Part shown: piece after piece, positions 1 through 11,866 of the stretch | How positions within the stretch are numbered: the stretch's first letter is position 1 | How the letters are laid out: the number at the start of each line of letters is the position of its first letter | Source of the DNA: Octopus vulgaris | Taxonomy: Eukaryota | DNA: 64,000 nt | Direction of reading: 5' to 3' | Assembly (NCBI GenBank): GCA_951406725.2 | Contig: OX597838.1 | Coordinates: forward strand, 42,780,001-42,844,000 | Notes under the pieces: generated by a model | Databases searched by the model: none | Told to the model about the DNA's origin: nothing | What the model saw: the letters and a program-made list of their open reading frames with translations, nothing else | Program-made: the position numbers and the translations under genes

Positions 1-1
1 A

Positions 2-37
<36 letters not shown>

Positions 38-48
38 TAATAAAAATA
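1..48. repeat. (AAT)n microsatellite
   Basis: Direct reading. Confidence 0.9.
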
Positions 49-214
49 AGTAGGTGTAAACACATGAACAAAATAAAAATAAACAAAACCAAAAACAAAT
101 TACACAAACGTATATAAACAGGAGATACAAATATTACAGGCATTTCCCTCCCTCCACGCACTAACTAAACATAGACACACATAGAGATATAAGCATGTAC
201 AAATGAAGACACAT

Positions 215-505
215 ACAATAGGAATACAAAATGGCTGACGGTTAGTAAGGAGAGACACACAAATAAGAAAGAAGAAAGCAAAGGATCACTGATGAGGTCA
301 CAGGAGTGTGACGAAAGAACTCTGGCCACAATAAGATTAAGATTAATGTAAAAAATAAATAACACTGAAGCAAAGTAGCACCAAATATATAGTGCGTACG
401 TTTTTATTGGCTAAACTGGCAAAATGACCATTCCAAAATACAACAATAACTGTTTCAACACACAATTTCACATCAAAAATCTTGCAAAACAAATATATAA
501 ACGTT
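215..505 (+). mobile_element. Hammerhead-containing interspersed repeat (putative Penelope-like terminal repeat), copy 1
   Basis: Near-identical to 14400-14629 and to the inverted arm 14189-14397. Carries a CTGATGA..GAAA core. Confidence 0.6.
283..327 (+). ncRNA. Minimal type I hammerhead ribozyme motif
   Basis: GG(A)TCA-CTGATGA-G-GTCACA/GGAG/TGTGAC-GAAA-GAAC-TC-TGGCC: core boxes, 6-bp stem II, very short stem III, and stem I with one bulge. Confidence 0.6.
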
Positions 506-1040
506 TTATTAAAGACTTAAATTCTAATAAAAATGAATTTTAACATGACAGATGAAGGCATAATGGGTGACTCTGATTGTCATTTTTCATCAAATAATCT
601 GGATGAAATATTATCTGAAGAATGGTCAGACACTGAACTTTTTTCAAGTGTTGTTGGTTCCAAAACATCTTCAAGACTTGATGTGAAGCCTGTTGAGTAA
701 TTTTTACATTTCCCATCAAGTTTTGATTCCACCAGTCAAAACTCAATATAAAGAGCTTATCTGAAAATTTCATAATGGAATAAGAAAGATCCGAGGAAAA
801 CGGTTTTTTTTCCCACTTGGGACTAATCGTATTTAATTTACTATCAACATCTTCCTTTTCTCGATCTCTGTGTGTATCTGTTTTTGTTAATTACTATTAT
901 GTAATTATTTAACAGCCACCCATGAACAACATTATGTTTAACACAAATGACTATTTCCATAAAAAAAAGAAAACCACTCCTCATTTCTGCAATTCTACCA
1001 ATTTTCACAATAATCTGACCCCAAGTCGAGACACTATAAA

Positions 1041-1800
1041 CATTTGAGGGAACCTGTGGAAGAGGTAGACCAAGGAAGACCTGGGATGAGGTGGTGAAGT
1101 ATGACCTTCGAACATTAGGCCTCACCAAGGAAATGACTAGCGACCGAGACTTTTGGAAATATGCTGTGCTTGAGAAGACCCGGCAAGCCAGATGAGAACA
1201 TAACCCCTGGCCTATGCCAGGAGCATAACCAGCCTGCTTATGTGTACCTTTTCCTCCTTTGGTCACTAAACTCTGCTTGCGAAGACCTGTTGAGGCAAGT
1301 GAAATCAAAATCAAAATCAATTCGATGACTGGCATCCGTGCAAGCAGGGGGCAAAGAGGACCATACGAGTGTGATCGTTGACAGAGCGGCTATTCGAGTA
1401 TGATTGTTACCAGCATCGCCTTACTGGCACTTATGCCTGTGCTAGTAGGGTGCCAAGAACACCATCCGAGCGTGATTGTTGCCAGAGCAGCCAACTGGCT
1501 TCCGTACCCATGGCACGTAAAAGAGCACCATTCAAGCGTGATCATTACCAACGTCGCTTCACTGGCACCTGTAAAAAGATTTGAGTGAGGTCATTGCATG
1601 ACTGGCCCCCATGTCAGTGGCACGTAAAAAGCACCCACTACCCTCTCGGAGTGGTTGGCATTAGGAAGGGCATCCAGCTGTAGAAAATCTGCCAGATCAA
1701 GACTGGAGCCTGGTGCAGCCATCTGGTTTGCCAGCCCTCAGTCAAAATCGTCCAACCTATGCTAGCATGGAAAGCAGACGTTAAACGATGATGATGATGA
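1041..1800 (+). mobile_element. 5'-truncated RTE-clade LINE (ORF C-terminus, repetitive 3' UTR, (GAT)n tail)
   Basis: Translates to EGTCGRGRPRKTWDEVVKYDLRTLGLT...WKYAVLEKTRQ*, the same as the end of ORF 40832..42034. Ends in gatgatgatga. Confidence 0.9.
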
Positions 1801-2489
1801 AAAATATTGAAATATTACAAATATTTATCTTGACATTTTGGGTAAAATATCCCTTTTCCAAAGTTTTAAAAGAACAAGAAGAAAAAAAAAAACATTCATG
1901 TGGTGGATCCGGCGTGTCTGCGTGAATGGTTGTGAAAAGACCAAGTGGAATTTATGAATAGGGATTTTGTTGAGATTGAGGCTATTTCAGGAATCATTTA
2001 CAGAAAAGTAGCTTGCACTGGGCTGGAACCCGGAAACGTGGTTAAGGAAGTGAACTCTGTATCCACACAGCCATGCCCATGCCTTCACACACCTCATTGT
2101 CTATGAATTCTGTGTTTCAAGTTTAAAGGTTTCGATCCCTGGTGTGTTATATTTGAAAGGCAAAATCTGAGTCGGCCATCAGACGGATGTTGTTGTGATA
2201 AATATTGTTTGAGGAGCTGGCAGCTGTTATTCGCACAACCACAAGCAATGTCGGGTGGTCGTAGTGAATAACCAGTCAGTTGGTTAGGTGAAACCATTCC
2301 ATATATTTAGCAGTTTGTATAGATACAAGTAAGAAATACCAAAGAAGACAAACGTTTTTTTAATCCAAGGACACGACAGACAATGGAGTCTTCAAAAAAG
2401 AAAAAAGAAGAAGAAGAAGGAAACGGTCACATCTGGAAGACTTTCAATCACAGTTGAATTAGGATCAGGGTTAAATCAATGAATCTCAC

Positions 2490-2586
2490 CTTTTGCTATA
2501 AACTGAACCTTCTTCCTTGATCTCTTTGACTTCTGCTTTAGGGGGAACATACTCATCTTCCTCATCTGGGTTACTTCCCTTGACGG
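2490..2586 (-). CDS. NUP50: Nup50 coding exon 5 (AVKGSNPDEEDEYVPPKAEVKEIKEEGSVYSKR), start of the Ran-binding domain
   Basis: gaatAG acceptor, GTGAGA donor, 97 nt, phase 1/2. Matches the Nup50 segment EPPKxxVxExKEExxxYSKK that precedes the RanBD. Not in the ORF track. Confidence 0.9.
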
Positions 2587-2887
2587 CTATTCAAAACATC
2601 AGTGAAATAAAACATTAAGAGCCTGTAGGGACCCAAATGCTGCGACGACCAATAAATACCTGGTGGTATTTATTTAGATTTTGCTATGCACAAAATCTAA
2701 ATCCTGCACATTCAATAAATATCAGACTTTTGTTACCAAACTTCTGCTAAAACACTTTGCTTGCGTTTCAAGCGATTTTGGAAATAAGGAAGAATTTCGG
2801 GAAACAGTTTCGTCTTTATTTCGTTGGTGTTTGGAACATATTGATATGGAATTTTGTAGGAACGGTTCAGTTTTGATCATTTTGGAA

Positions 2888-3121
2888 ACTTATTTACATT
2901 TGACGGATATTTGTCCTCATCTTGTTTGCTGTTAACACAACATTTTGGTTGATATAACCTGAAGCCTTCATCAAGTGTCTTCGGGAAACCTCAAACCTAG
3001 GTTCTCATTACTAAGGTATTTTTCGATGTTGTTGTTGTTATTATTATTCAGGTCAGTGCTTGGAATCCAACTCAGAATCTTGGGGTTAGTAGCCAGTGCT
3101 CTTAACCACTACGCCAGATAT
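2888..3121 (-). mobile_element. tRNA-headed SINE with degenerate hammerhead tail, copy 1
   Basis: Minus strand: A-box TGGCGTAGTGG, B-box-like GTTGGATTCC, (AAT/AAC)n spacer, then GACAC-TTGATGA-A-GGCTTC..TCAACC-AAAA-TGTT-GTGT. Colinear with 11684-11953. Confidence 0.7.
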
Positions 3122-4054
3122 CAATCATTTGTAAGGAAATAAGATGACAAAAGTATCACATTATTTTCTTTTTATAGTGTTTGGTTCTTCAGCTGCAACT
3201 AGAACAAACATAGGCAGACAACCTAAACACTAGACTCTTCCTCTCACCAAAACATTTTATACAGCATGCACGGATAATCACGCATGGAGGGAAGTCACTC
3301 AAGAACATAATCTGTGAAGATGAAGACTCCATGTGTGGAAGCATTTTTTTTTTACTATTCTCCACAATAAACAATCATATAAACACACACACACACACAC
3401 ACACGTGTGTGTAACAGATATATAAACTGGGTAAATTTAATTATTTTTCTGTAGACAGGAAAAAAACAGGGGGGAAAAGGGCAGAATTTGCTTGAAGCAT
3501 TGTAATGTGTAAATGATATAAACATTTTAAAATACTATTAATCGTCTTCCGTATGAAGCCTGCCCGAAACTGCCTCTGATTCAATGATACAAACTTTCTA
3601 GCTCTAAGTAATTTAAAATATAGCCTTTGCTAATAATGTTCCCAAGCCCCAGTTAATAATCACAAAATTATTTTGCTTAATTCTTCATTGTTTGCAGAAT
3701 TTACTGAAAGTAACGTAGTATATTTCAATAGAAATCTGGTTCATAGAAGGGTTTTAAGCAATGCATGCAAGAAATTAGGCAAAATATGTAAGCTGATGCC
3801 AATAGATAAAAACAAAGGGGCAATATTGTATTACGTTATGAGAATTGTTGGTTCTATAATAGTTCGGGAAAGCTTTCCCTTATCAAACATGAGAAAGAAA
3901 ATAGTCCAAGTATTACGACCAACAGAATGGTTAGTAATAACATTTTTTCCCCCGAACTTCTCACCTGCATTGTTTTAAGGATTAAAAATTTTTTTTAAAT
4001 TGAATATTTAAAAAATATTTATATTATATAACAGTAAAAATAATGATCGCTCAC

Positions 4055-4321
4055 CATTGCTGGTATTCAAAGTACTGGCAAAAGAGAATGTTGACTGAGT
4101 GTCAGCAGGTTTGAAGTTAAACCCACCGAAAGCTGGTGTTGTAGATATGGAGGTCTGTGCAGTTGATGTGGTGGTACCACCACTACTACTACTACTGCTG
4201 CTGCTGCCACTAGACAAGAGAGGGTTAGTCACAGATAAGTTTGGCCAAATACTACTACTACTACTACTACTACTCTTCAGGTCAGGTTTTGATTGATCCT
4301 CTTCTTTTGATTTTTCAGAAT
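4055..4321 (-). CDS. NUP50: Nup50 coding exon 4, Ser/Thr-rich FG-like region (DSEKSKEED...AFGGFNFKP...FSFAS)
   Basis: Lies within ORF 4008..4340. tatgtAG acceptor, GTGAGC donor, 267 nt, phase 1/1, frame-compatible with both neighbouring exons. Confidence 0.88.
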
Positions 4322-5683
4322 CTACATAAAATGTCCACAAGAAATGGAGAAAAGAAAAAAAGAATTCCTAATTAATTTAAGACATTTTGTTAAAATGGCA
4401 ATTTATATAATGCAAATAATAAATCACATATTTAAGACATAAAAATTGGTTAATTAGAAAGCAAGGTAGTTCAAATAAATTTCTGCTAAACCACACACAC
4501 ACACACACACGCGCGGGATTTCAGCAGTTACAGATTGGGATATGGAGTGAGGACTGTACAAGTGTGTTTTTTTCTTTTCTGTTATTGTCTTGGTAGGAGT
4601 AGCTGATAAATATGTTATGAGCGTTAAAGAGATTGCAATACAACTGGGCATTAGAGAAATGGTGTCCGAAACAAGAAGCTTCTCCCTACATTTGTGGATA
4701 CATGCAGGTTGTATGGAATATTGAACACAGGTGCAGCCACAAATAGAGATAGAAACTTCCTGTTCCTAATCAGACACCATTTCCTGAAGTTATAAAGACC
4801 AAAAACTTTGTAAAACAGGATATTTAGGTTAGCTACCCCTTGCTAAAACAATAAAGGTCCCAGCATTGCATGCCCCAATATGTAATTGTCAGAATCTCAC
4901 CATCTGTTTGAAAAAAGATGAGCTGGAGCATCTTGACAGGACCACTCCATACATACCTTGGGCTAGCTTTAGATATCAGCTTTAAATCTGTAACAATCTG
5001 CAATATCTATTAACATATATACACACACACACACACACATACAATATATACTTATATACACATACATACACATACAACAAGCTTCCATAGTTTCTATCTA
5101 CCAAATTCAATCATAGGGCATTGGTCAGTCTAGAGTTCTAGTGGAGGACACTTGACCAATGTGCCACTGCACAGTGGGGCTAATCCCGAGACCACATGGT
5201 TCTAAAGGAAGCTTGTTAATCTCAGCCATCACTCACTTGGTCAGGAAAGGTTCTGCACAAGAACAGGACAGGTTTAAATATGAAATGAAACTAGGGCCAT
5301 ATTTGGATGAGTATTCTAGAGAAAAGAGGAAAATGCAATAAAAATGGGACATGGAGGAGAGATAATGAAAAGGAGTTAGAGAAAGTGGTGTGAAGATGAC
5401 CAAGATAGAGTGACTGGTGTAGATAGACAGTTGGATGAGCATCAATGGGGGGGGGGAGAAGGGGGGAAGATATTTTTAGGAGCAAAGAAAAGGGAAGAGA
5501 GAAAGGGTTAGAGCAAAAGACAAAAAGATGTGAGACAAAGCAATTTGTCAGGTTGAGACCAGGATTGAATAAGGAGGAGATGGAAGAGGTAATGAATGTG
5601 TAGAGAGACAAATGAGCAGGTGGGGTGGGGTGGGGGGGATGCAGAGGAGATAGAGAGAGGGAGAGAAGTAAGAGAGTTCCTAC

Positions 5684-6092
5684 CTAAATTGGTTTCCTGT
5701 TCAGTGACTGCTTCCGGAATTGAACCAGTATCTTTGGTGTCTGACTTTGCTTTACATTCATCCTGGATAGTCTTCAAATACTTTTCATAGTCTTTGAAAA
5801 TGGGTGTAAGGATGCAGTAGGGATCCTTTGCCACGTGCTGCTGCATCCACTGCAACACACTCTTGTTGAGCTTCTTCAACTGCACGTGCAGCTTGCTGTC
5901 GGATTCATCGGAGCCTGCGCTGGCACCGGTGATGGAGGACGCAGCACCGGTCGGTTTGCTGACGCCAAGAAGGGGTTTCATTGAGCTGTTGGTCAATGTG
6001 GCGGCTGGTGTCGTCGTAGCAGTAGTAGTAGTAGCATTAGTAGTTGATGAGAAACCGGCAAAATTTGCAAATATTCCGCCTCCTGGAGACGC
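5684..6092 (-). CDS. NUP50: Nup50 coding exon 3 (ASPGGGIFANFAGF...LKKLNKSVLQWMQQHVAKDPYCILTPIFKDYEKYL...)
   Basis: Lies within ORF 5508..6098. ttgcAG acceptor, GTAGGA donor, 409 nt, phase 0/1. Contains the conserved Nup50 central motif LNxSVxxWxxxHVxxxPxCxLTPIFKDYEKYL. Confidence 0.95.
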
Positions 6093-6647
6093 CTGCAACA
6101 GAAAACAGCAGCAGAATGCATGTCAGGTGTGAAACTGTATCACTTCCTCTACACAACACTAAAACAACAGACATAAGACATTCTACTTTCAATGTGCCAA
6201 CACCAAAACAGAAATAAAATTCAGAATTGAGGAGGAGGAGATAATAGAGAAAATGGGCCAAAGAAATGCTGAAAGTGGCAACCATCTGTTTTCAAGATAA
6301 ACAAACAGAGCAAAAATGACATTAACAACATCCAAATTACATCACAGTAATAACAAGCCCTTCACAGTTCACAGCAAGAAAACACCCTAAACACACACAC
6401 ACACACACACACATAAGGGACAAGACATGCTGCTTCTACAATGAGTAAATGTTAAGAGAAGAATGTAGCAGCTTAAGCCTGCAAAGAAATGCCGTGAGTG
6501 GATTTGAAGTGAAGCTCCTCCTGCAAGCTGGTAGTTGGTTAGAAGACGCTTTGGCCATTAGTTTTGGAGTCCAAGAACTTGGTTGGCAGCAGCTCTTGAG
6601 ACACATTCATCTATTCCAACAACAACAACAACAAAAAAAAGACTCAC

Positions 6648-6731
6648 GGTTGAAATATTTGACCTTCGTTTGGCTTTTATTATGTTTCGTTGTTTCAAAA
6701 TGTCTTTCTTTGCTGCCACAAACTCTCCAGC
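6648..6731 (-). CDS. NUP50: Nup50 coding exon 2 (AGEFVAAKKDILKQRNIIKAKRRSNIST)
   Basis: 84 nt, cttctAG acceptor and GTGAGT donor, phase 0/0. Contains the conserved RxIxKAKRR importin-alpha-binding segment. Confidence 0.93.
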
Positions 6732-6833
6732 CTAGAAGAAGACAAAGAAAAATGGTTAATGGATTGTTATTGCTGATAGAAGAGGCAGAACCAATAGGTT
6801 TTATCCACCGTAACTAAGTCATTTACTTGTGTA

Positions 6834-7026
6834 AAGTCATATTTGACATGTTTCAGTGCATTTGGACATGACAAGACCTTCCACTGTATAAATAGCCAAG
6901 AGAGAAAATTTTTCTCCTTGACACATGTGAAAATATATCTTGGGCTGTGAATAATGTTATTGGGCTATTTCTAGAGTGGAAGGTCTTCTCATGTCTGAAT
7001 ACACAGCACCACGTTGAATATGACTT
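6834..7026. mobile_element. MITE / fold-back element with about 65-bp imperfect terminal inverted repeats
   Basis: gacatgacaagaccttccactgtataaatagcc pairs with ggctatttctagagtggaaggtcttctcatgtc. The outer aagtcatatt pairs with aatatgactt. Confidence 0.75.
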
Positions 7027-7073
7027 AGCCACTAAACCTTTTCCATTTTCTCTCCCTGTTTATTTCTGTGTTC

Positions 7074-7109
7074 CTTTCTGCTGAAGAGCATAGGCTCGAA
7101 ACGTAAAAG
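7074..7109 (+). ncRNA. Minimal type I hammerhead-like motif (core variant CUGCUGA)
   Basis: CTTT-CTGCTGA-A-GAGC/ATAG/GCTC-GAAA-CG-TA-AAAG: stem I CTTT/AAAG, stem II GAGC/GCTC, palindromic ACGT at stem III. Confidence 0.55.
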
Positions 7110-8848
7110 ACTTCCTCACTTCCCAAGCATTAAACTAATACAGCTGTTTGCTGTTTACACACCCGTCTTTGTGTTTTGTTTTTTTTGTAAATTCTCAATA
7201 TATATTTTATTCAACACTCTGTGACATTATTTATTTAAACCATCCACATTTCTCCAAATCTTTCCTGCTGACCACACTGTTATGGTATAGCCATCAACAA
7301 TGTATTTCTTCTCTGGAACTCTCCGGGAGAAGCATGCCTTCATTAATTAAGCCTTTAGCATCCAGTTTACTTTGTCAAATGTATTGCTTATTTATTCACA
7401 TTGTTTTGAATTAATCAAGCATTATCTCACAACTTCAAGATTTCAATGATGTGATTGTTTATTTTAAGAAGAACATTGTAGGGTAGGTGTGAGAGGGCAG
7501 ATATGGCTGGTTAGCATGCTACAAGATCCAATGAGGGAACCTCTATGTGGTTACTCAATATGCTAGAAACAACAGTATTGGAAAGAGAAATAAAAGCAAA
7601 TGAATTGCAATCTCTACCTCTTGTGTGAAGTGTCACATTTTTAAAAAGTTACAAAAAAATGAAAGAAGAAGAAAGTGGAAGGGTAGAGCACTGCAACCCA
7701 CGTTTCTAGAAGACTTTTAAAGTGGAATTGGTAGCAGAAGTAGAAAAGGAAGGGAAACCTAGAATAAAGGGATCTCAGAGTAAACTTGGCAAAGACTAAA
7801 GTATTAGCGAAATAGGGGAGAAGATAGTACCATGGTACCTTCTGATGTTTTGGGGGTACCATGCAATGCTTAGCATGCCAAAAAGATATAGGTAGGAATT
7901 GAAGATGGTGTGATAATGTAAACAATGGTCAGAGAAGAGGTTTAGTGTGACCATGGGCAGGTTTACAGAGAAGGTAGGCTTTGCTTGCAGCAGGTAGACA
8001 GGGGCAATAATTGCTAAGCACAGGTGCAAAAATTGCACCCCCACTTCTCTCTCTCTCTCTCTCTCTTTCCAATGCTCTGCTCGCTCTCAAGAAGTAGCTG
8101 ATAGCTTCTGCTACCCAGAAAATCTAATTAGAAATGAGAGATGGAGTGTTAGGAAAGCACAATAACTGGAGTAAGAACTAATTGCAAAAAAGCTCCCGGA
8201 GCTGTTAGCTGTGTTGACAATAAGGGGCTTCCCATTCAGTGGGAAGGATAGATTCATATGCTGTAATGTTAAGAGTGGATGAATGACAGAACAGAAATAG
8301 GCTGAGAGAAAAAAATCTGACCATCAGAAGAATAAGGTGAAGTGGGGGAAATAGGGAGGAGTTCACTGGTTTAGATGAGAAGTGGTGAAGAGTTGGGTAA
8401 CGAGATAGATTGTGAGGACGAGAGGAAGAAATAGGAAACAGTGAATAGGGATTTTCAGAAGTGGGCTCATTCGACGAAGAGAAAGTGAGAAAGGACAGCA
8501 ACAAAATGACAAGATGTTGTGCTAAAGAATATTTGTCTAACCAATGCAAGTATTGGGGGGGGGGGGGGGAGAAAATTACCAACTGCAAAATGAGGATTAT
8601 GATATGTGTGTGTGTGTAATGAGGGAAAAGAAGCAAAGCCTGGCTCTCTGCCAATTATGCTTTTTGCATTGGGTCTACTGCAACACACTCTCTCCCTCCC
8701 TCTCACTGCTTTGTGCAGGTGTGAACATTACAAACACAGTGCCAATAATGATAGCTAAAACTGTTTCCAAGTATTTCAAGCAGTGACAGTGGTAATGGTG
8801 AAGGAGGTGGACAAAACAGAAATTACACTGATTATATATATATATATA

Positions 8849-8882
<34 letters not shown>

Positions 8883-11083
8883 CACACCCACAAAACATGT
8901 ATGAAGTGAGAATATTGTGCAGTGCACACGTGCACACACACATATATATATATATACACACACACACACACCCCACTCTATGTTGCAAACAACTATTTTT
9001 CTGTCATGTGTCACACAAGACAGAGGTGGTCATGACTGGGAAGTCCTGGATAATAGACCTACTTAATCAAAACTGACCTAGGGCTTACACAACAACAACA
9101 ACCTGAAGTCTACTCCACCCTTGCCATGCAGTCAGGCTGAAAGGTGTGTGTCGTCAACTCCTTGTTACCTTTAACACAGAAGTAAACGTGTTTGATGTAG
9201 TAAATCATAGTTAGGGCAGCATGCCCCAGAATAGAATAGCGACAAGCCACAGAGAATGCTAGGGAATAGCACAACCTGCCAGAAATAGCAGCCAGATCAC
9301 CCACAGACGCCCCGCCAACTCTGTCGGATAACACAGTCTTTAAAAAAGAGAAAAGGAAAAGACCAGAGCTGGAACGCTTTTGGTCATCTGCTTCTCCTGG
9401 ATCTCAGTCATCTCGGGGCTAAATAACATCGAACAAGAAACTACTACTTGACTGAATGAAGCCTTGTGAGTAAATATGGTAGACGGAAACTGTGAGGAAG
9501 CCCTTTATAAATCTGTACCTGTGTGCATGTATGTACGAGTGTGTGTCTCCTTGTCTTGACACTGCATGATAGTTGTAAACGAGTGTCAGTGTCATACAAG
9601 CAGTGTTGTTCATTTTCAATATTCTGTGGAAACATGTGAGGGTTGGCAACAGGAAGGGCATCCGGCTGTAGAAAATCTGCCTCAATAAACTCTGTCAGAC
9701 CCATGCATAACTGGAAGTTATATCAATGATGATGACGAGGAAGAGGAGGAGGTGGACCCTATTTTGTGAGCATTCTTTCTTTCCATCACAGTTTGAGAAA
9801 ATTCTACAAAAGTGTGTGTGTGTGTGTGTGTAAGGGAAGCAAGATACCAAAGCAGCAAAATAAATTTTGCACAATATTTTGCCCTTTTGCTCTCGATCTG
9901 TGCAGTAACTGCAACAAAGTGCAGCAGTGTAAGCAACACCACAGTCGTTTTCTTTTGCATATCTTTTTCTTTATTTGTTGCTTTTTGTTATTAAAATTTT
10001 TTTTTACTTTTGATCTTAGAACAGGGAGGTTGCATTTTCCGATAAACGGAGGAAAGTCGTCATCCCTGCCACCCCTGTTAGTGCCCCCACCCCTCCTCAC
10101 CCTCACTCTTCCTGTCTCCTCAAAACCAAAGAGGAGTCATTTTAGTGAGACTTCTCAGTTGCTGCCATTGACAAGCAGGTAAGAAACAGAAGAAAACCAA
10201 AAAAAAAGGAGGGGGGGACGACAACAAAAAAACCCTCCAAAACAACTGGTTTCCTATTGAGTTGAGGAGGAGGAGGAAAGAGGAGGAGGAGGAGGAAAGA
10301 GAGTTAAAAAAAGATGACATAATGATAAGCATAAGATGAAAATGAAAGCAGGAGAAAAGGAGGGGGGAGTGAGAGAGGAGAAGGATGAGGAGTAGCACAA
10401 ACAGCTGTAGAGAAGCCATTAAGTAGCAATTAAACAAGAAAGCAATTAAGAAAATCTAATAATTAAGGAAATTTATGCAGTTAGTGGAATATATGGAATA
10501 CTGGAATCTTTTCGATGTTACAGAATGTAGGTGGAGATGGTGGCGCTGTTGCTGTTAGTATGAGGATTAGTGGAGTGTCAGAAAGTTGGGGTGGTCATAT
10601 TGTAGAATTTAATTCTATCCGTTTGATATTCAAGTGAAACCCACCCAAGCTGACATGTTGATGGGGTTGATAAAATGAACCCTAGTTGAGTGCTGGTGGG
10701 GGTGGTGGTTTGATGCAACTGACTTACCCACCTCTCCTGAAATTGCTGGCCTTGTGCCGAAATTTGGAACTAGTATCATCATCATCATCAAGGTGGCAAG
10801 CTGACAGAATCGTTAACATGCTGGACAAAATGCCTAGCGGTATTTTGCCCGTTGCTACATTCTGAGTTCAAATTCTCAACCACATGATTCCGGTTTCAAT
10901 CCCACTGCATTACACGTTGGGCAAGTAAATTCTACCATAGCCTTGTGAGTGGGTTTGGTAGACAGAAACTAAAAGATATGGGGTCGATAAATTAAGAACT
11001 AGTTGAACACTGGGGTCACTGTAATCATCAAGTCCTCTCCCCTCAAATCCCAGGCCTTGGGCCTTTTGTAGAAAGGATTATTG

Positions 11084-11300
11084 AGGCCAGGAGCTGGCAG
11101 AATCGTTAGCATGCCGGATGAAATGCTTAGCGTTATTTCGCCCATCACTATGTTCAGAGTTCAAATTCTGCTAAGGTCGACTTTGCCTTTCATCTTTTCG
11201 GGGTCGATATATTAAGTACCTGTGAAACACTGGGGTCGATGTGATCGACCCCCCTACCCCCCACCCACCTTCAGGGTCAGTGCTTATTGCAGAAAAGATC
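11084..11300 (+). mobile_element. tRNA-derived SINE family A (gagctggcagaatcgttagc...gactttgcctttcatcctttcggggtcgata)
   Basis: Many related copies: about 10790-10880, 17816-18030, 18044-18260, 18481-18690, 27170-27365(-), 28638-28855, 36455-36670, 42210-42335, 42901-43090, 54160-54365, 57090-57240, 60820-61145(-). Confidence 0.85.
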
Positions 11301-11683
11301 ATGGCCTTACAGGCCAAGCTTAATATCAAAATTTCTATTATTATTATTGTTATTATTATTATTATTAAGGATTGGCATTAGGAAGGGCATCCAGCCGTAG
11401 AAACACTGCCAGATTTGACTGGGCCTGATGAAGCCTTCTGGCTTCACAGACCCCAGTAGAACCGTCCAACCCATGCTAGCATGGAAAACGGACGCTAAAC
11501 GACGATGATGATGATGATGATAGTAAGTTGGCAGAGTTATTAGAGCATTAGACAAAATGGTTTGCAATATTTCTTCCGGTTCTTTACATTCCAGGTTCAA
11601 ATCTTGATGAGGTTAACTTTGCATTCCGTCCTTTACAGGTCACTAAAATAAACTAACTCCCTCCCTTCAACATCATTGGCCTT

Positions 11684-11835
11684 TACATTATTTACATTGG
11701 TCAGATATGTGTCCTCATCTTGTTTGTTGTTACCACAATGTTTCGGCTGATTTACTCTCCAGCCTTCATCAGGTGTCCGGGTAAAATTTTGAACCCAACC
11801 TTGGGTTCTCATTCCTAAGGTATTCTTTTTGTACA

Positions 11836-11866
<31 letters not shown>

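Noticed and set aside
4099-6132. Plus-strand ORFs overlapping Nup50 exons
   Set aside because: Antisense shadows of the real coding exons.
8675-9076. ORFs rich in CVCV/YIYI/HTHT/ERER (also 45750-46237, 35447-35644 and others)
   Set aside because: These are translations of dinucleotide microsatellites, not genes.
11420-11450. CTGATGA in the RTE tail (also at 46958, 49635, 57731)
   Set aside because: No downstream stem II plus GAAA, so these are chance matches.
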